Origin: Penicillus capitatus
Taxonomy: Eukaryota; Plantae; Chlorophyta
DNA: 64,000 bases
Assembly: GCA_965649825.1 (NCBI GenBank)
Contig: OZ287701.1
Location: 733,101 to 797,100 of the forward strand
Direction of reading: 5' to 3'
Shown: piece after piece, positions 24,840 to 36,358 of the stretch
Layout of the letters: every line of letters begins with the position of its first letter
Position numbering within the stretch: the first letter of the stretch is position 1
Program-made: the position numbers and the translations under genes
Notes under the pieces: generated by a model
Told to the model about the DNA's origin: nothing
Seen by the model: only the letters and a program-made list of their open reading frames with translations
Database searches by the model: none

Positions 24840-25709
24840 ATTACCTTGTGAAACAGAGCCTGGACCAGATGACCTCTGCGGAGTCTGGCGAGGCGGAGAG
24901 GCCATACGAGCAGCAGCCTGACTATTCGCATTTGTCGTTTGCGTTTGTGGCAGGGGAGTGTTTGTCGATCTGTCTGGCTTGATGTAGCGTTTCTTGGATT
25001 TACCGCGACGGCCGGTATCTATCTTGGAGGATACATTCTTGGAAGGCGTCCTCGTATTCGAGATATCCTAACCCCATAGACACCATCGATCGAGGGACGG
25101 CTCTCTATCGACCAACAGCCAAATGCCTTACCACTTTTCTGGGATGCATATCACTCTTGTTCGGATTGTCCGGCTTGTTAGATAGCCATAGAGGAAGAGG
25201 GATTTTGTCGACAATGCCCCCGTTTGCCGAGATTTCTCTTCTCGCATGAGGATCGTAATTGTCTAGGGGGCTGAGTTTGGTCAATGTCACATAAAGCCAT
25301 TGGAGTAGATCTAATAATTCTCCCTGAGAACCTTTGACCAATCCCTAAATGCATCACACATCCTCTGCCACTGCATCGACCCAGACAAGACGCACTTGTG
25401 CTTTGAGGTCACGATCGAAGCCTACGGAAGTGACTCCGGCCTGGAAGATTTTATAATTGGTGAGAACTTCGTAATCTTTTCTCGCTTGAAAATTGACCTG
25501 GGTCAGAAATGCGAGTCTCGAGAGGGTCCGTCTGCGATGGGTGGCATTACTCGATGCATGTTCACGGTGTCGGAGAAGTAAGCATCGATGAGCTGACAGT
25601 AGACAGCGCCATTCGACAATTCCTCCAGACCAACGAGCTGCAGCTCCAAGATGTCATTGACCCACTGGAGCAATTCCGACTTTCCTGTGTAGTAACTCGA
25701 TTCCGGCAT
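24840..25709 (-). CDS. EB1/MAPRE-like calponin-homology protein; 3' end uncertain
   Basis: MPESSYYTGKSELLQWVNDILELQLVGLEELSNGAVYCQLIDAYF, VNFKREKDYEVLTNYKIFQ, LDLLQWL, NYDPHARRE match the EB1 CH domain. Confidence 0.78.
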
Positions 25710-26460
25710 GACAGCGCTCTCTTGCTTTTGGCGAAGATTCCTCCGCGGATACTAACGAACAGACACATCGAAGGAGTTAGACAGAACGGTGATACATAGG
25801 CGACGTTAGCGTCGACAGCCGCCAGCGAAAAGAGTCACAACGCGCGTCCAAAGGTCTAGACCGTCGCAGAAGTCGCAGCGAAAATCTTTTGAATTACTGA
25901 CGGAGGCGCACAGCAGCGACAAACGATAAGGCTTGGAAATGTGACCTCCTGTTCGAAGGAAAGCAAAACGCACGACGGACAAGACAGGGAGAAATCAGAG
26001 AAGGAGAATCAAACGCCCAGACGCGTGCGAAGACGAAGAGACCGAATGTTCATGCCACCCCTAGAGACACTGCACTTGCACACGTGGCGACGAGTGTTGT
26101 TGCTGAAACACGGATGCTCGTTCGCTGCACGCGTCGACCGTATGCCTTGCAGTATTTCTGAGCAGGTTCGACAAATCAACGTAATTGAAAGCCAACGAGA
26201 ATGTATAGGCGCAACAACAGACGATGAGATGTCGCAACGCAAATGGTTTAAGGACCCACCTCGATTTGTTATTTCTCGTTGAACAATGGTTTTGCGAAAA
26301 TATACGGATGATTTCAATCAAAGATGAGGAGGAGGATAGCGCGAGAAGGACGCAGCAGGACGGTTGGGAATCTACATCCGGGGATAGAGACCGGTGTCCT
26401 TTGGTACAGACGTCACATCAAACACAACACCCAGCTTGCGTTGAGAAATCAGTAAACGCG

Positions 26461-27166
26461 ATGTCGGCACAGGAAGAAGAGGACGATGAGATGTATGTCG
26501 TCTGGCTCTCGGCCATGTCTTTCGATGCCACTGTCGAGTTTTGTTGGTCGCATGTAGAATCGAGGCAGCGTACATGGAGGATCCACTAGCTGAACACGTA
26601 CGTCGCTGACTGTCTATGATGGATAGATGGTGAGCTGCTGAGCAGTCGGCAGATGAAGAGATGCCAGACGCTCCTCCACAACAAGGAGTTCAGATCCTGC
26701 AGCATGCACCCGCCCAACCGGCGAGTAGTCCCAGGTGCGAGGTCACTCTTTATCAGACCAACTGACTGAAGTTGCTTTGACAGGATCACATCAAGGTATA
26801 TCACAAAGTATGAGAAGGCAAGGGTCTTAGGCACTCGGGCACTGCAAATCAGGTCTGTCTTCTCGGTATGTCATGAGCGGCGCTCCCGATGTCTTGCCTT
26901 AGTTTGAATGCGCCGTTGATGGTGGAGGCAGATGGTGAGACAGATCCGTTAAAGGTGAGAGACACTATTAGCTGTCACATCAACACCAGATTCTGCAAAT
27001 CAGATCGCAGCAAAGGAACTGAAGGCCAAGAAGATTCCGTTCACCATCCGGCGTTACTTGCCAGACGGAAGGTCGTCACCACCTATTCTATCTACATTGG
27101 ATGGGACAGCTGCACGGTAGTTACGAAGATTGGCGCGTGGACGAACTCGTGGGATCGGATCAATAG
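26461..27166 (+). CDS. RPB6: RNA polymerase I/II/III shared subunit RPB6
   Basis: Spliced [72 protein letters not shown]; acidic N-terminus. Confidence 0.95.
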
Positions 27167-27182
27167 CGACATAGATCATTGA

Positions 27183-29433
27183 CTAAGCGTCCGTGATACA
27201 TCCTCTCGAAGCACTTGTCACTGTCTTGATGTATCGATAGAGTGTGCCTGAAGATGCTTTGAGTGGTGGGGATTTCCATGCGGCTCTACGAGCATCCATC
27301 TCTTCTGCCGAGACATGAACGTTAATGGATCGCTTCTCGGCATCAATCTCGATCACATCGCCGTCCTTTACGAGAGCAATGGGTCCTCCCTCTTGCGCTT
27401 CGGGCGTTACGTGACCGATCACAAATCCGTGAGAGGCGCCAGAGAAACGGCCATCGGTCATGAGGGCGCAGTGCTGACCCAGACCGGCGCCCATAATGAC
27501 GGAAGTGGGATTGAGCATCTCTGGCATACCTGGGCCGCCTTTAGGCCCTTCGTAGCGAATCACGACAACACTGCCTTTGAAACGACTTGGATTCTCGGCC
27601 ACGGCATCGATCATATCTTCTTCGCAGTCAAAACAGAGCGCCTGTCCCTTGAAGTAGAACCCCTCCTTGCCTAGAAATGCGTGACATGAATGAGAAGTGG
27701 CGAGAAAGTGAGACCAGTGATCTTGGCGACGGATCCTTCAGGAGCAAGATTGCCGTAAAGAATCTGGATATGTCCTGTGGGTTTGATGGGCTGCTCCAGA
27801 GGCCGAATCACATCTTGGCCTTCTGAGAGAGGACGCAGGTCTGTCAGATTCTCCTCTAGGGGTTTTCCTGTAACCGTCATGCAGCTTCCGTCCAGCAGAC
27901 CCTTCTCCAATAGATACTTCTGAACCGCAGGTGTCCCTCCGACGGCATGCAGATCCGCCATGACATACTGTCCACTTGGCTTTAGATTGGCCAAATAAGG
28001 CACACGATCACTGATCTTCTGAAAATCATCGATCGTCAGGTTGATCCCTACAGAACTGCAGCAGAATGAGAGAAGTGGCTAAGATGTCGATGTCTCTCAC
28101 TGTGCAATGGCTATGAGATGCAGAACAGCATTTGTGGATCCGCCCAATGCCATCACCATCGTCATCGCATTGTCAAAGGCAGCACGTGTCATGATATCTC
28201 GTGGTTTCAGATCCATCTCCATCATCTTCAGCACTGCTTCTCCTGCCATTCTACCCCAAAGCATTCTCCTGCCTTTCAGCCAGAGAAGATGAAACGCACT
28301 CGCATTCCTTTAGCTTCTGTGGGTCCATAGCGGGAGTCGATGAACTGTAGGGCAGGCTCATTCCGAGCGTCTCGATGGCAGACGACATGGTATTGGCCGT
28401 GTACATACCACCACATGCACCTAAGCAACGCAGCAGTGTCATGACGGTTGGCTCATTTCTGCCCACCTGCTCCGGGACATGCGTGACGGACAACGTCAAA
28501 GCGCTCTTCTTCTGTCATGCGGCCAGAAGAGAAGGCGCCGAATGTCTGGAAAGCTGCTTCAATGTCAATGGGTTTAGCGAGCAGTGTGCTTCTGCCAGCC
28601 TGGATGGTGCCGCCGTAGATCATCAGCGCCGGACGGTTGAGACGACCGATAGCGATCATGGTCCCCGGCATGTTCTTGTCACATCCTGGAACGCATAGAA
28701 GTGTGATGCGCAAAAGAGTGAGAGCAACGCACCGGGAAGAGTGATCAGCGCGTCATACCATTGAGCTGACATGACGGTTTCGACCGAATCGGCGATCAAA
28801 TCGCGCGACTGGAGGCTGAAACTCATCCCATCCGTCCCCATCGAAATGGCATCGCTGACGCCAACCGTATTGAACCTATCATACTCGATCGATCGAATCC
28901 GAAGAGTTATGGCATACCTGAATCCAACGAGTCCCGTCGATTGGACACCTTTCTTAACATGCTCCGAGAGATCCAGCAGATGCATGTTGCAGGGATTGCC
29001 CTCAAACCATACAGACGAAATCCCAACCTCATGGCACCAGTCCTCTCAGGAGTGCCGTATTTCGTATGCGGATCCAACTTGCGGGCGATTCATGTCATCT
29101 TCCACTAACTTTGCTCCATAGAGCATCGCTTGGGAGGCCCCCTGCTGTTTCGGTTGAGTGACACGTTGACTGAATTTGTTAAGTCCTGCACAAACATATC
29201 TTTTTAGATTGGTACACATGGGAACGGATATCGTTGCCGGAAGGGATCGGCTTTTTCTTTTCTTTCTGAGCATCTGGTGCTGTGGCGGCCGCGCGAACGA
29301 TGTGTGGACAGGTGGGGATTCGCGATCGTCGTAAGGCATGATCGTTACGACATCTTCTCCATCGTCCAATCGCACGGCCTCCTTGAAGCCTCCAGATCGA
29401 TGCGCCGACGTTCACAACGTTGGCAAGCGTCAT
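27183..29433 (-). CDS. ilvD: Dihydroxy-acid dehydratase (organelle-targeted)
   Basis: [94 protein letters not shown]. Confidence 0.97.
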
Positions 29434-29676
29434 GTCAAATGATGTGACAGCATAGACGCGGCAAAGACGGTTATGTCAGGCGGCGTTTACGTCATGCTGA
29501 CTACATAGACTTCCTATAAAGAAGCCAGTCGATCGTTATAAAGCGCTTAGACCTTCCTCCTGCGTGTACATCGTTGCCGTCGCTAAGAAGTGTTTTTTAC
29601 GCTCGTGAATTTCGAAAAACAGCGTTATCAAATTTAAAAAACTCCTTCTTCTATCGTTTGTCGGAGTCAACGCAAT

Positions 29677-30764
29677 ATGAAACAACAGAAAGCGACGGTC
29701 GCTTGTTTGTTACTCTTTATCCTCGCCTTGGCGGTCCAAGCATCGGACCTCGGAAAATTTCAACGCCCAAACAGACGCGCTCTGCTGCAGCGAAACGCGA
29801 CAAGCGACGCTCCACCGGACGAACCTCAGTCCGAGGTATGGGAACATACACCCATGCCGCCAGGCGACATTGCTGAACATAACAATCGTTTCTAGGAAAT
29901 CGAAGCGGAGGGTGAAATGGATGATGAAGCAAAACGTGAGGCAGCCGCCCTTGCAGCGTTCGAAGAAGCTCGCGAACGACGAGCCAATGAGAGTGCCTTA
30001 TTGATCGAAGAGGCGTTTGCCACATCTGCAGAGACGGTTCAGGTTTATCTGAGCTCCACTAAGGAGGAACGCATTGAATTGCTGACGGATCTTCTGCGCA
30101 ATGCTGATGGTCTCGCGTTCAAATTCACACTCAATACTCTGGCCTCCACGGATGACAGAACCGGCCGCCTTGCTGTGCGATATGCCTACCGTGCCATCGG
30201 CAACGCTATCCGAGAAGGATTCGCTTCCAATGTGGCTCAAGCTGTGTCCTATGCCTTCACGATCCAGAACAACGAGAATGATCATTTCAACTTCCTTGAG
30301 GCCATCGATCTCAGAAGACGGCGATTGGATTCGTGGAGAAAGGGTAAGTACGTACCATTTCACGCCTAGTACATTAATGCGCATTGATGTGACAGGTGTC
30401 GGATGCCATTTCGTCAAGGATCTCTTCACAGATGCCGATACCTTTGCTGAACAGCGCAGCGAATCGATGACGTTCATTGCCGCGTTCGATGATGAGGTAA
30501 GACACTGAGTTATAAAGAGCCGGTGTGAGATTGGGTGGTTTCTAGGAGTATTTGCCAATGATGGAGTGTTTCTTGGATGCCTGTACAGGAAAGGCCGCTC
30601 AATGCTGTGGATCATCCCGGGCAACGCGAACCGGACGATGCGGCTGCCAACGCAGTGGACGATGTGATTATAATATCTTTGCCAACAGGCCACGTACGAT
30701 CTGGGTCTGCAGCTCCTCAACGTGTGCAGCCAATGAGAAATGCCTGTGTTCTCCTGTTCAATGA
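29677..30764 (+). CDS. Secreted protein with helical core and C-terminal Cys-rich domain
   Basis: Signal peptide MKQQKATVACLLLFILALAVQA, RRALLQ propeptide-like motif, terminal exons with 12 Cys (GCHF...ECFLDAC..CC..CGC..C..WVC..C..CLC). Confidence 0.7.
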
Positions 30765-30909
30765 GACAACACTCGATTCATTGTCTCCACGGCGCGTGGA
30801 TGACGTGACATTGCCATTTCATATTTTGTTGCTCATTCTATGTACGTTATTATGAACTGTTCGTGTTCAAGAACAATCATTAATGTGTTGCCTTTGCGCA
30901 AGAACCGCT

Positions 30910-31060
30910 CGCTGATCGGAATCTCCGATCGGATTCGCCGATCGATCGATTATCGAACGAACACACGCTGATCGGAATCTCCGATCGGATTCGCCGATCG
31001 ATCGATTATCGAACGAACACACGCTGATCGGAATCGCCGATCGATCGATTATCGAACGAA
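30910..31060. repeat. 56-bp tandem repeat (2 full copies plus a third with a 12-bp deletion), palindrome- and GATC-rich
   Basis: Unit cgctgatcggaatctccgatcggattcgccgatcgatcgattatcgaacgaacaca starts at 30910, 30966, 31022. Confidence 0.92.
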
Positions 31061-31224
31061 CGTTAAACAATCAACATCGAAGGCGGCGATGGTTCAAAAA
31101 ACAGATCATCAAGGTTTCTCACTCTCTCATGGTGTTCTGAGATCTCATCTGCCCAAAGCAAAGGCCTGGAAAAGAAGCAAAACAATACGAAGTCGAATCA
31201 AAAGAATCGCTGGCTGTTCTGTTT

Positions 31225-31751
31225 TCAGTCCTCATACACGCGGCATTCATCAGCGTCGGGCTCTTCTTCGCAGTATTGCTCGAGAGGATCCGAAACGGCC
31301 TAGAATGGCATGTCACACTTCTCACTCTAATGATTCTGGATTATCTCACTTGATCTTTCCTGTGTGCCTGAGCAGCAGAGAGTTCCTCGACCTACAGCGC
31401 AGAGGAGTGCATTGATTTTGCGAACGCGACCAGCAGAAGCAGACCATACCGTGTCCCATGCCGTGGCGCATTCGGCAGCGTTTTCATCGGCCTCGCAGGT
31501 CTTTTCAGCGTCCTTTACGGCTTTCTCTATGTCGATGTCCTATACAAGTACAGCGAGATCTTCGCATTCGGTTTCTCGACGAGTCATCATGCGCCGACCG
31601 GTTCGGCATAAACAACGAGCGGCATGCGTCGCTGGACTTGAGGAAGCCGATTCCGACAGAGGAAAGGACGGGCTGCTCCGTGGGGACGGGCACTTTGAAA
31701 CGAGGCAGCACTGTTGACGGTCTTCATCGAGGCGAGATACATCGTCGACAT
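31225..31751 (-). CDS. CP12: CP12 Calvin-cycle regulatory protein with transit peptide (4 exons)
   Basis: Spliced DIDIEKAVKDAEKTCEADENAAECATAWDTVEELSAAQAHRKDQAVSDPLEQYCEEEPDADECRVYED*; AWD-VEEL core and both Cys pairs present; not captured as a single ORF in the track. Confidence 0.95.
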
Positions 31752-32059
31752 GTTGGAGCACGTGATTCGCTCTCGTACGCTGAATACCAAACACAATGCG
31801 GGAAGAGAGGCACGATCCGAACAAACGCACAGACGTGGTGGAGATGAAGGCACTCGATCAATTGCATGATGTCCAAGAATGCTCGCTGCAAGGCACACCA
31901 TCGATCCAACATTAACCGTCTGTTCATGTAAACTACCCGCCGCGTGTCGACCGCTCCAAGCGTTTCTTTAATCGCCTTGGCGAAGGGCACTGCGTTTCAC
32001 CTTCTTTCTTACCACTGCCCCGAACAGAACGAACGTCTCCGTAATAATTTGGAGTTACC

Positions 32060-32824
32060 ATGGAAATGGTCAAGGGTGTCGTGGATAAAGTACTGGATGC
32101 GGTTTCGATTCCCGCGATGGGCGCCGAAGAGGACGTGAAGAAAGCGAGAGAACTTGTGGGCGAAGACGCGACGGTTTATGCCGCCCTTCGCGCGCCGCCC
32201 GAATTCTATGAACTGAACTGCAAAGATTACTGTGCGTTGGCCTTCGCTCCTTGTTTCTGCTACGGAACAGAAATGGCGAGTCGAACAATGAAAAGCTCAC
32301 TCTATATTGTATCCGATAAAGCTGTGAAAGTAAGGAGTCATCGTGGCCTGATGTCGTGCCGATTGACGGCTGCTGTCTGGTCGATAGGTTCACATTGATC
32401 CCTTTAAACCTCCTCTCGGCATCGGCTCGCCAACACGCGACATCCCCGAGATGAAGATCGAAGTATGTCTTTAATAGCGACACTTAATCGCATCCACGTA
32501 TACGAGATGATGTGACGGCTGTAGGAGATCAAGAATGTCCGAATTGTGAGGAAAATTGGCACATGTTGGGATCCAAAACCGAAAACGGGGATCGTTTTTG
32601 AGGAGTCGGGCTTGGAATTTTTTGTATCGGAGCCCGAGAAGCTCGAAGAAGTGATCACGAAGGTCCACACATCTATGGCGTACGATTCGTGGCAATCGGT
32701 GTCGAATTAGGTGCGTCAGTTAAAGGGAGGGGCTGAAGAGGCCGTGGCGAAAATGAAGGCGACAGAAGAACGAACGACACCCGCTGCAGATGAGGGACAA
32801 TCTGCCGCGCCCGAAGGAACGTAG
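32060..32824 (+). CDS. Hypothetical multi-exon protein
   Basis: ORF 32060-32398 plus in-frame downstream exons (VHIDPFKPPLG..., EIKNVRIVRKIG...FFVSEPEKLEEVI) with GT-AG sites; no family recognised. Confidence 0.55.
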
Positions 32825-33233
32825 TTGCCGATCACGATGATGACGATGTCTCGATGCGCAGAAGGCATCACCACTGAAACTATCCTCGCTGAATAATGGA
32901 GTCTTTCATGTTACTTTGCCTGGTTTTTCGGCAGGTCGCTCGCTCATTTTTTGTATAGACGTTGATTCGCTGGCTGGCTGACTGGACTCGTCGACTGACA
33001 TGCGTTTGATCGCTGGATGTGTTTTCGAGATGGCATTGACGTTCTGTGTTTCCCATTGTCTCTCACTCATTGTGACGTGACGTCTCATAACTTTCCGCCG
33101 CTGATGATAGGTGGGTGCATTATGATACGCACCTTTACTGGCGATAAATGAAAAATCTTGTAATCCAAGCGCATCGTGACACGTCGGATGTGACGTTTGC
33201 AGAGGTACTCTCGAACGCACGCACGCGCATACT

Positions 33234-33564
33234 ATGAGCGTCTTCCATGACGAAGTGGAAGTCGAAGATATGGAATGGGACGAAGAACTGCAAGCTTTCA
33301 CTTACCAATGCCCCTGCGGCGACCTCTTTCGTATCACACTTGTGCGATGGTCGCTAATATCACGAGCTCAGGAGATGACACAACTTGTAGGCAGAACTGG
33401 TATCGGGTGAAGAAATGGCACACTGTCCGAGCTGTACACTCTACATTCGTGTGATCTACGATCCAGTCACTGCATCTCCGCTCCTACTCCATAGATAGAG
33501 CGTCTTGACGTAGGAGGATTTTCATGAGATGGAACCCGAGACGCCGATTGTTGAGGTTAAGTAA
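33234..33564 (+). CDS. DPH3: DPH3/KTI11 CSL zinc-finger protein (3 exons)
   Basis: Spliced [61 protein letters not shown]. Confidence 0.95.
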
Positions 33565-34938
33565 GAGACGTCACATCATAGGAAGATGGAAGCCAGTTTG
33601 CAAAAAGGGAAGGGCTGGACTGCAGCATCGCCCATTGTGACTTGTATTCAAAGGACGTAGTAACGTCTCTCAGACATCGATAACGGATGGATAACTGTTC
33701 TCTGGAGAGACGCGACTGAAATGTGTGAGGAATGGACGTGTGAGGCTTCTTTGGGAATTTTGGACTGCCGAGACGTATTCCCGAATTACCCAATGTCACT
33801 TCGTGTACACCTCCACACACGAATCTCTCACTCTTCTCTCCTTCGGTCACACTCTCCGTCAATACACGCGTCCAATTTATGCATGTGTTGGAGCGCTCTT
33901 TGCGCATTGCATCTGAACGGAGAAACAGATCGGCGGGCGGCGGATCGGCGACGTCGATTCGTAGAGGTCTCCATCTAGAAGGCCACAAATGAACCACCGA
34001 AAGTGTGACGACGATCGGGGACTCGAAAGGAGACTGCACTCGATTGGCAAGATGTGCACCCCGTGTCACGAATGCACGTTGCATAGAGGAGCGAAGCTTC
34101 TGAGCACATTGGAGGTGCGGTGTACAGACAATAATGGATGAGAAGTAGAGTGGGTGCGAAAGGAGCGAAAGCATCTGCCTTCCTTGAAATCCAAGAAACG
34201 ACCAACGCAAAATCTTATCACTGCATGACATCGAAGTCGTTGCCTCTCCCTTCCCTAAACACAAGTGTCGATTCGACATCTACCCTGTTGATCATGGCCG
34301 ATCCGATTCGCACCCGGCTTTCGACGTAGAACACCGAGCTGTGGTTGACCGGATTCGACATCGTTTGCTTCGGGAATATTGCCCGTCTCACACTAGAGAA
34401 GAGTGAGAATCGCTAGTACATCGCGGAATGGAGATACATGAATGGGTTTGGCACCGGTGCGCAAAGCGGACTCCGTGTCTTCCGGCATGACGATGGCAGC
34501 ATCGCCACAGGGAGGCTCCGTAACAACCAGATGAAAGGACACGTCGTTTTTTAGCTCAATGATTCCGTGTCTATTGCGACAGAGAAGCAGAGAGTCTTCT
34601 TTGACGTTGCCATCAGATGGGCCATTGTCATCAAGGCTCAGGTACTCGATTTCGCGAAGAACGCAATCGACGGCTGCTCGCTTGGCCAGGACTTCGGCAT
34701 GAGCGTCGTTGATGCGCTGAGGCGATGCCCAGCGACATGGCAGGCACTTTGTCCCTGTCGCCAGCGATGTCACACGTACGTCTTTGCCAGATATCGCGAC
34801 GACCGCTGCAAGGGTGGTGTATTCATGGGCCTGCGGTTTTCCTTTCTTCGGAAGTTTTCGAAACAGCTCGAAAACGTGATTGACGATCGTCGTTGTTGTC
34901 ACGACGTCGTCATTCAATTTTCGTCGTTTCGATTCCAT
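33557..34938 (-). CDS. ADAT1: tRNA-specific adenosine deaminase 1 (Tad1/ADAT1)
   Basis: LATGTKC, DAHAEVLAKRA, PPCGDA, LRRKPGKGEATTSMSCSDKILRW; no dsRBD seen. Confidence 0.9.
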
Positions 34939-34995
34939 CCGAACCATAAACCCAAACATGCACGACGATATCGATGCGATTCTATCGGTCGCGCA

Positions 34996-35225
34996 CGCGA
35001 TTTTCGCACAGTTGATCGATGGGATTCCGATTGTGATTGATAGGCAGTTGATCCATACGATCGCGATTGATGCGAACAAAGTTGATTGCCTTCGCGATTT
35101 TCGCACAGTTGATCGATACGATCGCGATTGTGATTGATAGGCAGTTGATCGATACGATCACGATTGATGCGAACGAGTTTTATTGCCTTCGCGATTTTCG
35201 CACGGTTGATCGATTCGATCGCGAT
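34996..35225. repeat. 97-bp tandem repeat (~2.4 copies) with internal subrepeats, GATC/CGAT-rich
   Basis: cgcgattttcgcac(a/g)gttgatcgat recurs at 34996, 35093, 35190; subunit cagttgatcgatacgatcgcgattg occurs about twice per unit. Confidence 0.88.
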
Positions 35226-36358
35226 CGTTACGCGAGCAATCGATTCGATCAGATATCAATTTTTAAAGAATGCTACATCGTTGTGTATCTTCTAGCGCTT
35301 CTCGATGTCGGCAAACGAAGAGACGGAGCAACGAATCGACCGCCATCGACACATGGCACATCAAATGAAGAGACTGATGTTCGGCCAAGAAAGCGCTAAT
35401 GTATAATCAATGAATGCGATGGATGCTGTCACAGCAGAATAATCATATTTCATGTGCTCTCCATCGGCAATGCTTAAACGTTGTTGTTATCATACCGTTC
35501 TTCATTGTCTTTATGCGTCGAAGGTTGTCGAAAGTGTCAATGAATCTCACGCTACTAAAGAAAACAAACATATTCTTGAGTCTAACTGTGGCACTTCTCA
35601 GACGATCGTTGTCCCGAGCAATGCGATTTCATCATCGAGAAGGTGTACTGTCGCAATGTCTAAGAAAATTGTGAAAGAGCACATTCATTCGGGCGATCCC
35701 GCGGCACATCCATCATCATCCACTTTTCAACAACAACATCGACAGCAACTCAATCCAGTTGACGAGGTGATCGCATGCAAAACTCCGATCAACACTCTTG
35801 CTCAGTTTGGTCCATTAGGTGTCTAAGAATTCATCGGTCGATCAGTCGATCGCTTGGTTGGTCCATTAAATCAATGCCCATCCATGCACACCGTCTAAAC
35901 ATCACAACGACTCTGACGGACAGACTGACTGTTTGTTGGCTGACGGGTTGGTCGATCTTCGTATGTCTAGAAAGCGTCTGGAGTCAGTTAGGATAACTCT
36001 GGCAGTGGTGGTGGTGATGATGATGGAAAAATGAACACCGATAACTGGATGTCGACAACAAAGGTCATACCACCCATATAAGAACCACCCACCCATCCGC
36101 TCACTCTCACCGAAACATGTTTATCGCACTTATTCACTACGAAGTTCAATGAAGATACGCAGAACACACCAGGTGGTGGCTTTTGAAAATAACCACTCTC
36201 AAAACAATGAGCAGACAAGACAGGCAAAAAAACACATTCACAGTGACCCTGCTTTTCTCGTCTCAGATGATGATAGTATGTGAAGTTAACAGAAAACTGC
36301 TCTCTCGACAAATAAAGACAGCAGCAGCAAGCACCCCATGCTGCAAAGTAAAGAGATT

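Noticed and set aside
32906-33301. 131-aa minus-strand ORF
   Set aside because: It overlaps DPH3 exon 1 in antisense and has no recognisable features
34939-35106. N-terminal extension of ADAT1 in the ORF track
   Set aside because: It is a translation of the 97-bp repeat that happens to lack stops; the conserved region starts near MESKRRK at 34938
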